DNA of 64,000 nucleotides from Balanoglossus misakiensis (Eukaryota > Animalia > Hemichordata): assembly GCA_040954595.2 (NCBI GenBank), contig CM082594.2, positions 7,323,573 through 7,387,572 on the forward strand, written 5' to 3'. Below, piece after piece: positions 14,333 through 26,781 of the stretch; the first letter of the stretch is position 1, and every line of letters starts with the position of its first letter. The notes under the pieces were generated by a model. The model had not been told where the DNA came from. It worked only from the letters and a program-made list of their open reading frames with translations, and made no database searches. A program made the translations under genes and the position numbers.

Positions 14333-14690
14333 GCTCATGAAAATCATCCAGAAATGAGAATTTTTCGACTTTTGGAATTTTTGAAATTTGGCCATTTTTG
14401 GCGAAAAACCATGGGTTATAGCTCATGAAAATCATCCAAAAATGAGAATTTTTCGACTTTGGGAATTTTCGAAATTTGGCCATTTTTGGCGAAAAACCAT
14501 GGGGTGTAGCTCATGAAAATCATCCAAAAATGAGAATTTTTCGACTTTGGGAATTTTCAAAATTTGGCCATTTGTCACAAAAAAACATGGGTTATAGCTT
14601 ATGCAAAGTGTTAAAATATGTCAAATTTCCGACTTTGCAAACTTTGGTGATTTTGTCACTTTTGGACATTCTTCAATCTTCATGGGTTAC
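14333..14690 (-). repeat. About 3-4 diverged satellite monomers in inverted orientation, decaying into unique sequence
   Basis: gctcatgaaaatcatccaaaaatgagaatttttcgacttt is the reverse complement of the diverged monomer at 14104-14327; the right boundary is approximate. Confidence 0.9.
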
Positions 14691-16315
14691 AATACAGCTG
14701 AAGAACCAAACTATATTGCTATCAATTTCAGTCTCATTTCGGGCATAAAGTTGCGTTTTGATATTTGAACAACACAATTTCCTCATGTTATCTGATTGAT
14801 ACTGAACTCCATTTTCTTGATAAAGATAGCTAGGCCAAATATCAACCACACACACATACACGAAATCACTATACATTATATGTACAACATCAATATCACT
14901 TTTATTCAAGTATCTACAATAACTATAGGCGTATATATATCTCCTATGATACACTCAAGTATTCTTTACTATCTACACGATCGTAAAAACTGCATAGCAC
15001 AACTTTGGTCATCAAAAATACATGCATACTCGATTCAAAATAGCAAGCCTCATCCCATTCTCGCAAGCCAGAGCCGACCGTGTTTCCGCTTGGCGGTAGC
15101 GCGTAGCAGTTGCCGTAAACAGGTCGTGGTTTTACGACGATGGCCTCATCCATGTTGGTGATTCACGGCTAACCATAAAAGAAAGCTCATGCATTCACGG
15201 CCACTGGGGGCGTCCTACACCTGAATGGCTTGGAGTTCTGCCCGCTCATTGCTTTACCAAAGACTTGGCATTATGACCAATAACTTACAAACCAGAAAAG
15301 AAAGGAGTTAAATGTATTTACAACAATCACATATAAGTACAACTGGTAGAATCACTTGAAAACAATCTAGTGTTACACAGACGAATTTCTTCTATTACAA
15401 TCTGTATAAGGTAGTTTCACAAATGAAAATAGGTGTATTATCGCTACCCCTACAACTATACTAGCAGATTATTTTTCACATTGTTAACAATCAATGAATT
15501 TTATTTTTAACCATTTTCATATTTCCACCAAGCATCAAGACATACTACTACACTGTACTGTCCTAGATTACTGTAGAAAATCTGACAGATTTCACAAAGA
15601 TTTATAATTACGGTGTAGCTGTGGTCAGCAATGTCACTATTAAAACAGGGTTCACGGAAAAATCATTAATCTGCTTTAGACTTTGATGATGAATCTTCTG
15701 GTATTTCAGGGAGATTTACTGTGTCAGACGTTCAACCAATCAGCATTTTTATCTTGAACTCTGACCTTACATCATACGTAATACATTAGTGTTGTCATAG
15801 AAACATGCCAGGTGATTTGTAGCAGTAAGACAACCAGCAGAGATGTCATGGTGTAGGTTGCATCTTGTTTTAAAAAAAATAAAACCTTCCAAGTAGCCAC
15901 AGGAAATGTACAACATGTCTGTTTCATAACATTTTTCTAAATTAAGACCTACAAATTCATGATGCGATTTTTACAAAGTTCAGGACTGAGACACTCTTTC
16001 CATGGCACAGACCAGTGAAAACCTGTCACAGTGTGGCTACATTTTTACAGGAGTACTAGTTTGCTGAGAGAATGAGATCCGAATTTGGAGAGACGTCTGT
16101 GTTTTATTTAGGAATGCCTTTCCTTCCACCAAAATAGAATGGCACACAAGACATCTTTGTGTTTGACCATAAAACCAATACATCCTCCACGACGACAATA
16201 ATTTACATATCTCACATCACATGAACAATGGTGTACTGTATTCTCCAACCCCAATATCCTACAATCTCTGTAACCAAACACCCAACCATGTTTTCTCACT
16301 CGGTCTAAATTTTAA

Positions 16316-16662
16316 AGGGACAAAGTCTCTCTCGCTGCCCTTTTTTCCATTAATTATGTTTGATACAAGACACTGTTTATGTTAATGTACATGTGGATAT
16401 ATAGTGAATCAATGATCAACCACACAAAACTTCCATCCCATTTGTATGATATGATAGTAAAAACTCGCCCAAAATGAATAAATGGTAAAGAACGATTATT
16501 CATTTTGGCGAGTTTTTTCACTCTCCTGTCTATAAGAGGGGTGGAAGTTGTGTGTGGTTGAACGTTCATTCACTATATATCCACATGTAGAATAACAAAC
16601 AGTGTCTTTTATCAAATATAATTAATGGAAAAAAAGGGCAGCGAGAGAGAGACTTTGTCCCT
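16316..16662. mobile_element. 347-bp almost fully palindromic MITE, TTAA-flanked, AG...CT termini (Kolobok-type)
   Basis: ttaa|agggacaaagtctctctcgctgccctttttt ... aaaaagggcagcgagagagagactttgtccct|ttaa; arms pair imperfectly to the centre. TTAA TSD with RR..YY ends is the Kolobok signature. Confidence 0.85.
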
Positions 16663-17849
16663 TTAAGAGAGAATAATCTAAAATTGCCTTGAGCAAAATA
16701 TGAGAAAAAGTACAAGGCTTTGATTTTGAGGTGCATTTTGCCTTAAGATGAGCAAATGATCATGAGTTGAATGCATGTGTTTAATAATTAATAAATTAGG
16801 AATTAATAAATTGGTAATTACAGCTGATAGGAACAACATTGAAATATTCAATAAATGTTATATAATGTGAATTATAGGACACACTGCTTTTTGACATGTG
16901 CTCGAATAAGTATTGTTTATTCACTACTGAACTGTTACAAAAGGGGGACAACTCTCACTATGTTTGCAGAAATAAATTATATGCTGACAAATGTTTCTTA
17001 TATAAGTTATTTGAACGAGAAACATCAGTTTTTGTTGCTTTGGACATTTGGACAGATCTTGTGACACTGGTATTAAAACTAACTTACAAATTTATTGAGA
17101 GTTACTTATATCCAATGGCAGTGCGGGAATTGCCACTATGAATTAAACAACAGATTGAAAATAAAAATACAAAATTACAAATCTAAGAAAAATACTGGTA
17201 ATCAAATACAAACACATGGTAAAATATAATCAGGTGAAAAAATAATGGTTTCAAAACACAAAAAACACTCTATCGCTACATGTATCGCTTCAAGTTCAAG
17301 CTAAGGTCATGTCATGGAACTTAATAGTTTAGGAAATGTACAGTTTTAAGTAAATGAATATGTACATTTAATATAATCACAATGTACACGCTCTATAGCT
17401 AAGAATGTCATGATACTGAATTGGCAAGAAAAGTAAACAAATAAACAATACAAAACTAACATCAACATTTTTGGAGACCTGGACAAGTTCTTATAAATGG
17501 CAGAGTCTTTCTGACCACAGAAGGCAACTGGAATTTTGCATTGTGTGCACTCAGGTCACAGGTCAAGGTATGTACAAGACATTGATCACAGAATATTGCA
17601 CAATTTTCACATTTGCATCAGTACTGTACTCGTTAAACATTCAACAATCTAATGAGTTTTCTATTTCTATATATAATATATATATACTCTCATATAATGA
17701 GTTGAGTCAGAGTTGAGTTGCCTTGTATGAAATAAAGGGTAATGCTTCCAATGGAAATGCTTAGGCAAACTTGTAGGCAGAGTACAGACCCACTCTACAA
17801 CTCAGACATGACATGGAGTTGACCTCTGACCCCTCACCTTTCTCCTTTG

Positions 17850-19641
17850 CTATAACTGGTAAAAGCCATCTTGGTCTCCGTGTAGAAGCTCCTCTCCCTG
17901 GCTGTCCGCCTTGCTCAGTTTCTTGCTCCCGCCGTCTTTTCTTCCAAACAGGCTTTTGGCCTTGGCAAAAATTTTGGGCGATCCCGTACTGCTGCTGGGT
18001 TTGCTGTATGTGGCTGTTGGGACGATGGTGTCACCTTGATACGCTGGTGTGGAGCGAGTGCTGTAGTCATACTGCGCTGCAGGGTTTGGGGCTGGTGGCT
18101 CCTTGGCTTCCAGCTCTTTAATGCTGTTTTGAAAATGGAAAGAACAGAGAGATTAATTTACAATTTACATGTGCCTATATATGTCAGAAATGGCGTATTT
18201 GAGTGTTCTAAAGACATATGGTGGCACTCTTTTTTCGTGTGTGCCACCCACTGAAAATCTGTGATTGGCTAGATCTGGATTTGCCATGGTAACTGTAGCT
18301 ATATTTGCATAGGTGATCGGATACCTTAAATTTTCCTATTGCAATACACTTCTAACTACAAGACTATATATGCAGTCTTGTTGTCAGGGCAAGGAAATAA
18401 AGTCACTGTTATTAGGTATGCATGATTGTGCATCTTGTTGCATTAATTGAAATGGACAAGGAAACATTACAAAAGAGATGGGTTTTGAATTTTTAGCTTT
18501 TTCTACTCACCTGCTGTTTTCTTCAATCTTTTTCACTTGCGTTTTCATACTTCTCACTTGCCGGTCAATTCTGTTGAAAAAGTCCATCGTCTCATCCCTG
18601 GGTTCGTCTGTTACCACCACGGCCGTCTCCTCCTCCTCCTCCTCCTTCGCTACCTCAAGATGCACCTTTGAAGCATCCACTTCAGGCTCAGCTTCGTTTT
18701 CAGATTCCGAGTCATCTTTGGATTTGGGGATGATCGGTGCCGTGTCCGATGTTCCATTCCCATTCGTTAGAGATGCTGTTGCTGATTCCAGGAGATGTGC
18801 TGGAAGAGGCTGCTCACCGACGGGAATATTCAACACTTTCCTAAGGAATATACTGTCTGTTGTAAATAATTTGTTTGCTCTCTTGATTTGTTCTATCTGT
18901 AAAGCAAAGCAGGGAAAACAATTTAGCCCACAAGAGAATTACAAGAAAATACACATTGATGAAAAGACAATGCAGGCAGCAATGACTGCATAATAATGCA
19001 CTATGACCCATATTGATATTTACATACATGCTGGTATCCCCGATACTATTTTCTGATCATGACTCACATGAGACAAAGGATGCAACTTTCAAAGCAAAAC
19101 CTTGGAAATCCAGTGATAGAATAACCCGAATCTCGTCGTAATCATTGTTCCAAATGGAAATAAATCCAAATGTCCGAAGACGAAGACTGATCTTGTCTTA
19201 ATCATGTTGACAGTTGGATGATGTTGTCATTTTTATAAATCACGAATGTAACGTTTCACATCTCATAATCGAAAATCGCAAATCAGGGTTATTACAAAAT
19301 TAGTGAAATCAAGGTTTACTCACGGTTAGATAGTAAACACACATCAACATTTATATATATTGACTTCTCATGAACGACACACGCAGTGACGCTTCAAGGC
19401 CAGTACAGCAGATAATGTACATGACCCGAAGGGACCCCAAAATAACTTTCCGGAAGTGGTCCTGGATACTCACCGAAACTCCATACTTTAACGCAAGTCC
19501 CTGCAAAGTGTCACTCTCCGAGACGATGTGCTTGATGTAGATTTCTTGCTTTGATTTTTGAAGGCTCCCATACGATTTTCCATAGCATTTTTTACTTATT
19601 CCCAGCGACTGTCGTTCGCTGCGACTACCGTTCAAAGCCAT
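17850..19641 (-). CDS. LYSMD2: LysM domain protein, LYSMD1/2-like; exons 19641-19474, 18896-18511, 18123-17850; 275 aa
   Basis: The spliced frame gives YGS...HIVSESDTLQGLALKYGVS|IEQIKRANKLFTTDSIFLRKVLNIP (LysM motif), then DFFNRID and C-terminal DQDGFYQL*. GT-AG sites and phases (0, 2) are consistent. LYSMD1 vs LYSMD2 is not resolvable by eye. Confidence 0.88.
18161..18326. mobile_element. Partial MITE (right part with TIR aggtgatcggatacct) in LYSMD intron 2; same family as 42848-43003
   Basis: About 140 bp of high similarity to 42865-43003; the terminal 16-mer approximates the reverse complement of aggtatacggtcacct at 42848. Confidence 0.7.
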
Positions 19642-19992
19642 TTTGGTGAACTGATTGATTCTCTGGTCTCGTTCTCGCAAATGACGATAATCTCTCGGGC
19701 TATTAGTTTCTCGAGGTCAACTCTGGTGGCAACGTTGACGGTTCACGATCACATTTTGTTGATAATCGAATACTCAAATATTTTCTCTTTATCCAATACT
19801 TTATACATACATTTTAGATTTTAGAACGAGATGTTTAAGGGATTATTTTGGTATGGATAAATATAATGAATAATAGATTTGGAGAGTTAGAAATAGTTCC
19901 AACATTTTCAAAGGTCAGCTCTAGAGGGCAGAGTAGCTGCCTCAAACAAAATAACAGAAAAGTACGAGTTGATCAGTTCATCTTGTGAGAAA
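19642..19992. promoter_or_regulatory. Probable bidirectional promoter between LYSMD and GTF2A2
   Basis: Divergent start codons only 351 bp apart; CTCF-like gctctagagggcag at 19918-19931. Confidence 0.65.
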
Positions 19993-21095
19993 ATGAGTTA
20001 TCAACTTTACCGAAACACGACGCTAGGAAATAGCCTTCAAGAGAGCCTTGACGAACTTATCCAGGTGAGAAATGTCTTGATTATAAATTACACCGACAAA
20101 GACCTGTTTGCGTTGACTGGAATGATTATCTACGGCATAAAATATGGATGGGAAATCCGCGCATGATGCATGGGTTTTTCATCAATGACAAAAGGTCTCA
20201 GACTGAAGCTTCAGTGTCTTTGTAGCTCATGATACTCTCTCGTATGGTCATAAAAATATCTTGAAAATTCAGAACTTTTTCCTTGGTCCAAACTGTCCGT
20301 AGGGCCTCATTTACTCCGCATGTTTGCTGGGATTCAAATTTGTGGGAATATGCAAATCTGAGCGTGACTTATGTCGATGTCACCATTGTTTGTCCCCCCC
20401 CCCCCCCATACATAGGGGATAACTTTGATATTTTTATGGACTAAAGTCTAAATATTGAATGCAGTTTTTGAGAGGTACTTACCTATGTAATGGTACACAC
20501 TATTGTTCTTGGCGAGGTGAATGGACTAGACCGATATGTACATGCAAGTAACGGCGACTTTTCTTGGGGATTATGTACTAACTCATGTATTTTTTTTTGG
20601 TTCTCTATTATTGCACAGTCACAGCAAATCAGTCCACAGTTAGCGCTTCAAGTACTTCTGCAGTTTGACAAGGCTATCAACAATGCGCTATCAACCAGGG
20701 TGAAAAACAGAATCAACTTGAAGGTAATGTACATTGTACTGTAGGTGTCCTAGTGCATCTGATTTGCCCTTCTCAGTGTTAACCCTTTCACCCCCAGTTC
20801 CTACTTTAGACGTCCAACCTTACCAGAGAATACAATGGGTTTGGACTGAACCATGGTGGTGGTAGGGTTAAAGCATACAAGTTCAACAGTAAACAGAGGG
20901 GCCCGGAAAATTAAAGTCTTTCCCCTTTTTGTTTATTTGCAGGGTCATCTGAACACATACAGATTTTGTGACAATGTGTGGACATTTGTACTGAATGATG
21001 TAGAATTTCGGGAGGTGACGGAACTGGTGAAAGTCGACAAAGTCAAGATCGTTGCAGTTGACGGCAAAAGTACCAGCGCGTTGAGCGGAGACTAG
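19993..21095 (+). CDS. GTF2A2: Transcription initiation factor IIA gamma subunit; exons 19993-20064, 20619-20723, 20943-21095; 109 aa
   Basis: [24 protein letters not shown]|[35 protein letters not shown]|[42 protein letters not shown] is TFIIA-gamma; phase-0 GT-AG introns. Confidence 0.97.
20783..20867. mobile_element. 85-bp piggyBac-type mini-MITE in GTF2A2 intron 2
   Basis: ttaa|ccctttcaccccca...tggtggtggtaggg|ttaa; second copy at 33890-33974. Confidence 0.75.
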
Positions 21096-21869
21096 TGCAG
21101 CAAAAAGTGAAACTTTTTTCCTCCCCTTCTCACACTTTTCCTGTTATATAAGTTTTGTGGAAGTCTCAATTTCTTGCATTGTATGCAACAGCGATGAGCA
21201 CAACAGGCTACAAAGACTAGTTTACCAGTACATTTGTATATACCCATTTCTATGGGGTTAATTTGATTTATGTATGGCATAGATGTGTGTAGAGAAATTT
21301 GAGCTCAGTTTATATACATGTATGTGGTAGCCTGGTTTTGTAGGTCTTCAGTCTTGTTTGCATTAACATTATGCACAGAGGGGTAAAAAATCACAAAGGG
21401 CACAGTAAAAAATCACCATGTACTTTTGCATTTTTTGATAACAAATTGTGGACTTTGAATCAACACGTTGCATTTTAGATTTGCCATCTGTGATCTGTAC
21501 CAAGTGACTTCAAGTTGTCATTTTGCCATGCTGACAAGAGTTGCAGTAGGATCACAACACAAATTATGCACCTGTTTTCTTTATAATTAAACCTTATCAA
21601 GTACTCTTTATTCCGAATAAAAATAATATATCTGCAAAACAAAGTGTTAGTCATTCCTGATTGTGTCATATGCAAAGAAGTAGTACAATGTACTAGTGTT
21701 GATGTACACCTGTAGTTCTATTACAGACCTAGAGTATGAAATCCTAACTTGACCTTAGCTTGGTGCTGACACTGGGTATATACACAGGAACACGGACGGT
21801 ACAGTCATATGAAACTAACACTGCAGTCCATGCATACTATTTTGCAATTTTCATGAAGCAATTTTTCCC

Positions 21870-22629
21870 TCAGTGCATCTCATACTGAGCATTGTCCTCA
21901 TGCATTTGTTGCATAAGTTCCATCAACTGAGTTCCATAACCCTCCCCCTCGTCATCACCTTCTTCCTCCTCCTCCTCCTCCTCTTCCTCTTCTTCTTCAG
22001 CCTGTGTGTTATCATTCACAATGATCAGGTTGGCATCCAGATCCAGTGGAATCTCATTCGACTCAAGTTGAATTTCCTGTCATCAAATGAGACGAGTTTA
22101 AGTTAACTTCTAGGATCAAGCTCCACGCAATTATTTCAAACATGTAACAAAAAAACAACATACATCACAGGTGTCCCCGTCTTCAACCTTCTCTTTGTCC
22201 TGATGAGCGCCCTCACAGTTCATGGCTATCATGCTTTTCAGAGCAAGCTCCTCCACCTTGGTTGAATTGGGGAGAAAAAAACAAGTTAGCACCACAGGCT
22301 GATTGAAACATTTGTTCGTCTTTGTCCATTTACCTCAAAAGACCGGCTTTAGAATAATTCTTATGTAGTGTGATGGAGTCTTTTGGGTTGTAAAAGCACA
22401 AGACTGTGTTATCAGAAATCTGTGATGGAGCAGAATGACTTCTTTGATAAATATTCACTAAACCAACATCAACATAATAATTCTTACAGACTGGAGATTC
22501 ATTACAATAACTAGAAACACTTCTTACCTTGAGTCTGTTCAACTGTTCCATCATCTTACTCTGAATTTCAACTATCACTTTTTCCTCTTGCTTCAGTTCT
22601 TGAAGCTCACCCAGTAAATTGCTGCTCAT
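21870..22629 (-). CDS. SNAPC5: snRNA-activating protein complex subunit 5 (SNAP19); exons 22629-22528, 22256-22164, 22076-21870; 133 aa
   Basis: LQELKQEEK...EQLNRLK|VEELALKSMI matches the SNAPC5 N-terminal coiled coil; poly-Glu acidic tail in exon 3; phase-0 GT-AG introns. Confidence 0.88.
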
Positions 22630-23825
22630 GATGACCTAAAACACTGACAATGAAAAGAATAAATCTGAAGGGATAGGTACATTCTTGTCTGTAATATGCA
22701 TGGTTGGAAAAAATGACAAAAATGGGTTAAAGAAAACTTGAAATGAGGTCTGTCCCACATAAAAATACAACTACAAAACAGAAAAGTATTTGGTCTGAAC
22801 ACAATTTATTTCTTTTTTTTTCTGATGCAACTCTGACGCAAACCACAGTGAAAAAACATTCCACAAGATATGAAAAATACAATTTAAAAACTGAAGGCTC
22901 AGGTGAAAAATTGCAGGTAAAATTAAAACATTTACATAAAGAAATGTCATATTCAGTCACAATAAAAAATTAATCATTTAGTGTTTGTTTTCTCTGACTT
23001 AGGGAGTACTCCCAGGTCCTGAGACAAGCACCAATCAGAATGAAGTTGCAATTTGCATACTCATAATGTCAAGGAATTATGGGTAGTGTTGGAACAGATA
23101 CCTGAACAGACCAGAAATTTGAGACAGCCTGAATGTTTCAGATCGAAGCATATGTGGTTTTGATTCTGAGAACATTGCATTGAAATCATCCACATCATTA
23201 CAATACTAAATTTACCATTATTATTACTTGATAAAATTTACAATTGTCTACACATTGTGAGGCGTTATCATTCACAGAATGACAAACGGTATACTGTATG
23301 ACAAAACTGAAGTCAACTACAGGTTAAATTTTTTTATAAGGCCAAAAATTCTAATTTAGTATCCTCTATTTCAACCCTGGGATTGTATATTCATTGAATT
23401 CTGAGTTTATAAAATCAAAAATATTGAAAAATCACTGGATAATTTGGCAGGATATCTCAGATCCAAAGGCATATGACTACTAAACAGCAAGAACAAATTC
23501 ATCATTGCTTTAGTCACTGTAAGTACCAACACTACAACTTCTTTGAACTTTTTGTCAACATTGCACCAAGGTCTGTTGAGGACAAAGCTGCCTACAAAAT
23601 TTAGAATTTCTCCTTATAATATCTGGTCCTGTATGTGGAAAGACGGTGCACCATCAAGCTTTGCTCACAAGCTCTATTGCGAAATATCCGAGTAAATATT
23701 CACAAATATCGCTGAAAGGTGTTGGACTGTCACTGGCTAGATCTGATGGACTAGGAACCACGTCATTTATTTTTACATTCCTACACAAACATCTAGGGTC
23801 CCACTTTGTTTGAATCAACAGTTTA

Positions 23826-24521
23826 TTAGCAATGCAAATCTCCGTTCACCCGAGGTTGGCTCTCGTCTCTGGTAAGGAGCCATTTTTCTACAGTGGCCGT
23901 CGTAGTACCCTGGACGCCAATGCCACTGATACTGGCCAGAGAGATATTGCTGAATTTCAACTCAAAGCCAGCATTGCACAGATCCTGCAGTAACACATGG
24001 CGGTCCTCCACATCTCCGTGTTTGTGCAAACAGTGGCCCTCCCTGTACCATCCCACCGGTTTCTGGATCAAACTCTGGATGGACGGGATCTCGTTCAGAA
24101 CACTCTCTTTTCCGTAAATCCGGAAGTACATGACCCGCATGGATTCCTTCTTGCATTCTAGTTCGATGACGGTCTCGCACTTCTGCGGCGGGGGCTTGAC
24201 AGTCTTGCGCTCCTCGCGAGTGTGATTGATCGCGTCGGTGAGTTCCGCAATCTGGTAAAAATCTGCTTCGGTGGACAAGAGTTCCCACTCCTTGAAGTCG
24301 TCCGGTAAGCTGAGACGCGAAGACCGCAAGAAATTCAACACGTGCTTGAACACACTGCCATCTCTGTCGATGAAGTACTGGCCTTGCTCGTCGCGATACG
24401 TCGGAATTCGATCGCTGAACATCGACCCAAGCATGGAGTGCGGATAGTTGAGGAGGGTCGCTCTGGTTGTCATGTACACCAAACCTCCCACATTCAGACG
24501 AATAATCTCATTCTCTGACAT
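23826..24521 (-). CDS. KCTD6/11/21-like BTB(T1) protein, copy a (231 aa, intronless CDS)
   Basis: IRLNVGGLVYMTTRATLLNYPHSMLGSMFS...YFIDRDGSVFKHVLNFLRSSRLSLP...EADFYQI is the T1-type BTB signature. Confidence 0.92.
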   Translation of the reverse strand: MSENEIIRLNVGGLVYMTTRATLLNYPHSMLGSMFSDRIPTYRDEQGQYFIDRDGSVFKHVLNFLRSSRLSLPDDFKEWELLSTEADFYQIAELTDAINHTREERKTVKPPPQKCETVIELECKKESMRVMYFRIYGKESVLNEIPSIQSLIQKPVGWYREGHCLHKHGDVEDRHVLLQDLCNAGFELKFSNISLASISGIGVQGTTTATVEKWLLTRDESQPRVNGDLHC

Positions 24522-24883
24522 GATTCAATCACTAAGTACAACCAAAGTCTACAGAACAACAAGATCATAAGAAACAATAAGAGTCGCTCTGACCAATTCA
24601 ACAATTACACGAACAAGTTCATATGTAAAGAAAATCAGTGATAGGTACAGTTTGCAATTTAGGGGTTGTATTACAGCAGTTATAAAGCTAGCATTTCTCT
24701 AGCTGCAATTGTCACATCGAGCTGAAATTAATGTGGTTAATGTACATGTACTCGTAATTGAATCATTGCCATAGCAACATGTTTTTATATTTCTAAGTTA
24801 ATTAATAACTTGCCCCGTAACTCCTTCATACAGACAAATCAATAATAAACTACAATGATGAGCAATTCACTGTGCCATCTTAG

Positions 24884-25546
24884 CTATTGGATGTTTTCAT
24901 CTCGGGTCAGGAACCATTTTTCGACACTGGCCGTTGTGGTTCCACCACGGACAGGACAAGCAGTAATACTGGCAAGTGAGATATTATTGGATTTCAACTC
25001 AAAGCCGGCATCAAACAGATCCTGCAACAATTTGTGTCGATCTTTTACGCCCCTATGTACATGTAGACAATGGCCATTTCTGTGCCATCCCTCTGGGGTC
25101 TGCAGCAGCTGCTGTATGGATGGAATCTCATCAAGAACAATCTCTTCGCCGTAAATTCGGAAGTCCACGACTAGATCTTTTTCCATCTTGCATTCAAGTT
25201 CAATGACCGTTTGATGTTTCCTGATATTTCTACGCCCGTGAAGAGCGTGATTGATCGCGTCGGTGAGTTCGGGGATCTGGTAAAAATCTGCTTCGGTCAA
25301 AAGCAGCTCCCACTCTTTGTAGTCCTCCGGTAAGCTGAGACGAGAAGACCGCAAGAAATTCAACACGTGCTTGAACACACTACCATCTCTGTCTATGAAG
25401 TACTGGCCTTGCTCGTCGCGATACGTCGGAATTTGATCGCTGAACATCGACCCAAGCATGGAGTGCGGATAGTTGAGGAGGGTCGCCCTGGTTGTCATGT
25501 ACACCAAACCTCCGACATTCAGACGAATAATCTCATTCTCAGACAT
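24884..25546 (-). CDS. KCTD6/11/21-like BTB(T1) protein, copy b (220 aa, intronless CDS)
   Basis: BTB domain nearly identical to copy a; homologous but diverged C-terminal domain ending VEKWFLTRD. Confidence 0.92.
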   Translation of the reverse strand: MSENEIIRLNVGGLVYMTTRATLLNYPHSMLGSMFSDQIPTYRDEQGQYFIDRDGSVFKHVLNFLRSSRLSLPEDYKEWELLLTEADFYQIPELTDAINHALHGRRNIRKHQTVIELECKMEKDLVVDFRIYGEEIVLDEIPSIQQLLQTPEGWHRNGHCLHVHRGVKDRHKLLQDLFDAGFELKSNNISLASITACPVRGGTTTASVEKWFLTRDENIQ

Positions 25547-26781
25547 GATTCAATCAGCAAGTACAACCAAAATCTACAGAGCTATACACAGTATGGGACA
25601 GAGACAGAACTACTTCGACCAACTTTGGCTGACGTTCTACATGAGGAAGTACATGTATGGGAACTAAAATCACTGTAAATTTTTAACCTAGTGATGTCTT
25701 TGTCATGCAATCAAGCTTGCACAGACCAAACTTTAAGTATCTATTATCAATTTTTTATTGCATGACCCTTTGACAAGAGATATGCAAGCATTTTTTACAG
25801 TAGAAAGCAGGATTCTATTCATTAAGGATTTGGTCATCATATTAAGTGCTACAAAAACACAATATTCAGTACAAAATGTGCAAATATTTCACATGACAAG
25901 TACAAAATGCTGCAAATAAAAAAAAAACCACACAAGCCCATTGATTTATCAAACAAAAAATCATCAAGGTTTACTTATATCAAAACAGCTAAGGGTAATT
26001 TCTGGTAGGTATTCACATTACCCTGGATAAACATTATAAACAAATTACTTAAGGAACATTCCATACTGGTCCTCAAATGAAAAATCTTGGACACCACAAG
26101 CTGTCATTTTGCTGATAAAACTCAGCAGTCACATGAACACTTCATTACCACTTCTAGACACTAGTATCTCACCATAAACTAACCCTTAAAATATGAGAAC
26201 TTTGATTTGGTCTGGTGGTGAGATGTAGGTTTAGGGATTTCACACATTTTGCAGCCCTGGCCATTATGAGGTAGCCTAACAAAGTGGTCAAAAATACTGC
26301 TGATGGTAAATTAGGTGGGAACTTGGAGAGGAAATCCTTGACAACTTAATAACTTGTTACTTTGGGTTTTCTTGTTTGACTTGTAAGTTCTCAATACTGC
26401 TCTACTCATTGAAATATACCAAATCATCAACTGTTACAGATTAACTTACATCCTGTGAATTGCATCAGTACTCGATCTCGAAACTTCTGGGACTGGACAA
26501 ACAAGGGCGCGGCTTTTTTTCTTGTGGTCTGACCTTGGCACTAACATGAAAATTATAAAAAATACTTGCTAGACTGTACTTTCTTAGCTCATGAGGATGG
26601 TGGGTTGGTTAAAGGGAGAATTTAGAATAAGAAAACATTTTTCTAGTATATGTAATAGGTTATGTGCGCTTTCATACTTATACATGTTGTTCCACTGGCT
26701 TCAACCAACCAAGAAATATTTCAGACACTCAAACAATGTCGTATGTTCAAAAATACATCTGCAGACGACAAATATTTCCTC

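Noticed and set aside
18478-18993. 171-aa plus-strand Ser-rich ORF, and similar overlapping ORFs on the KCTD genes
   Set aside because: Antisense or alternate-frame shadows of real exons.
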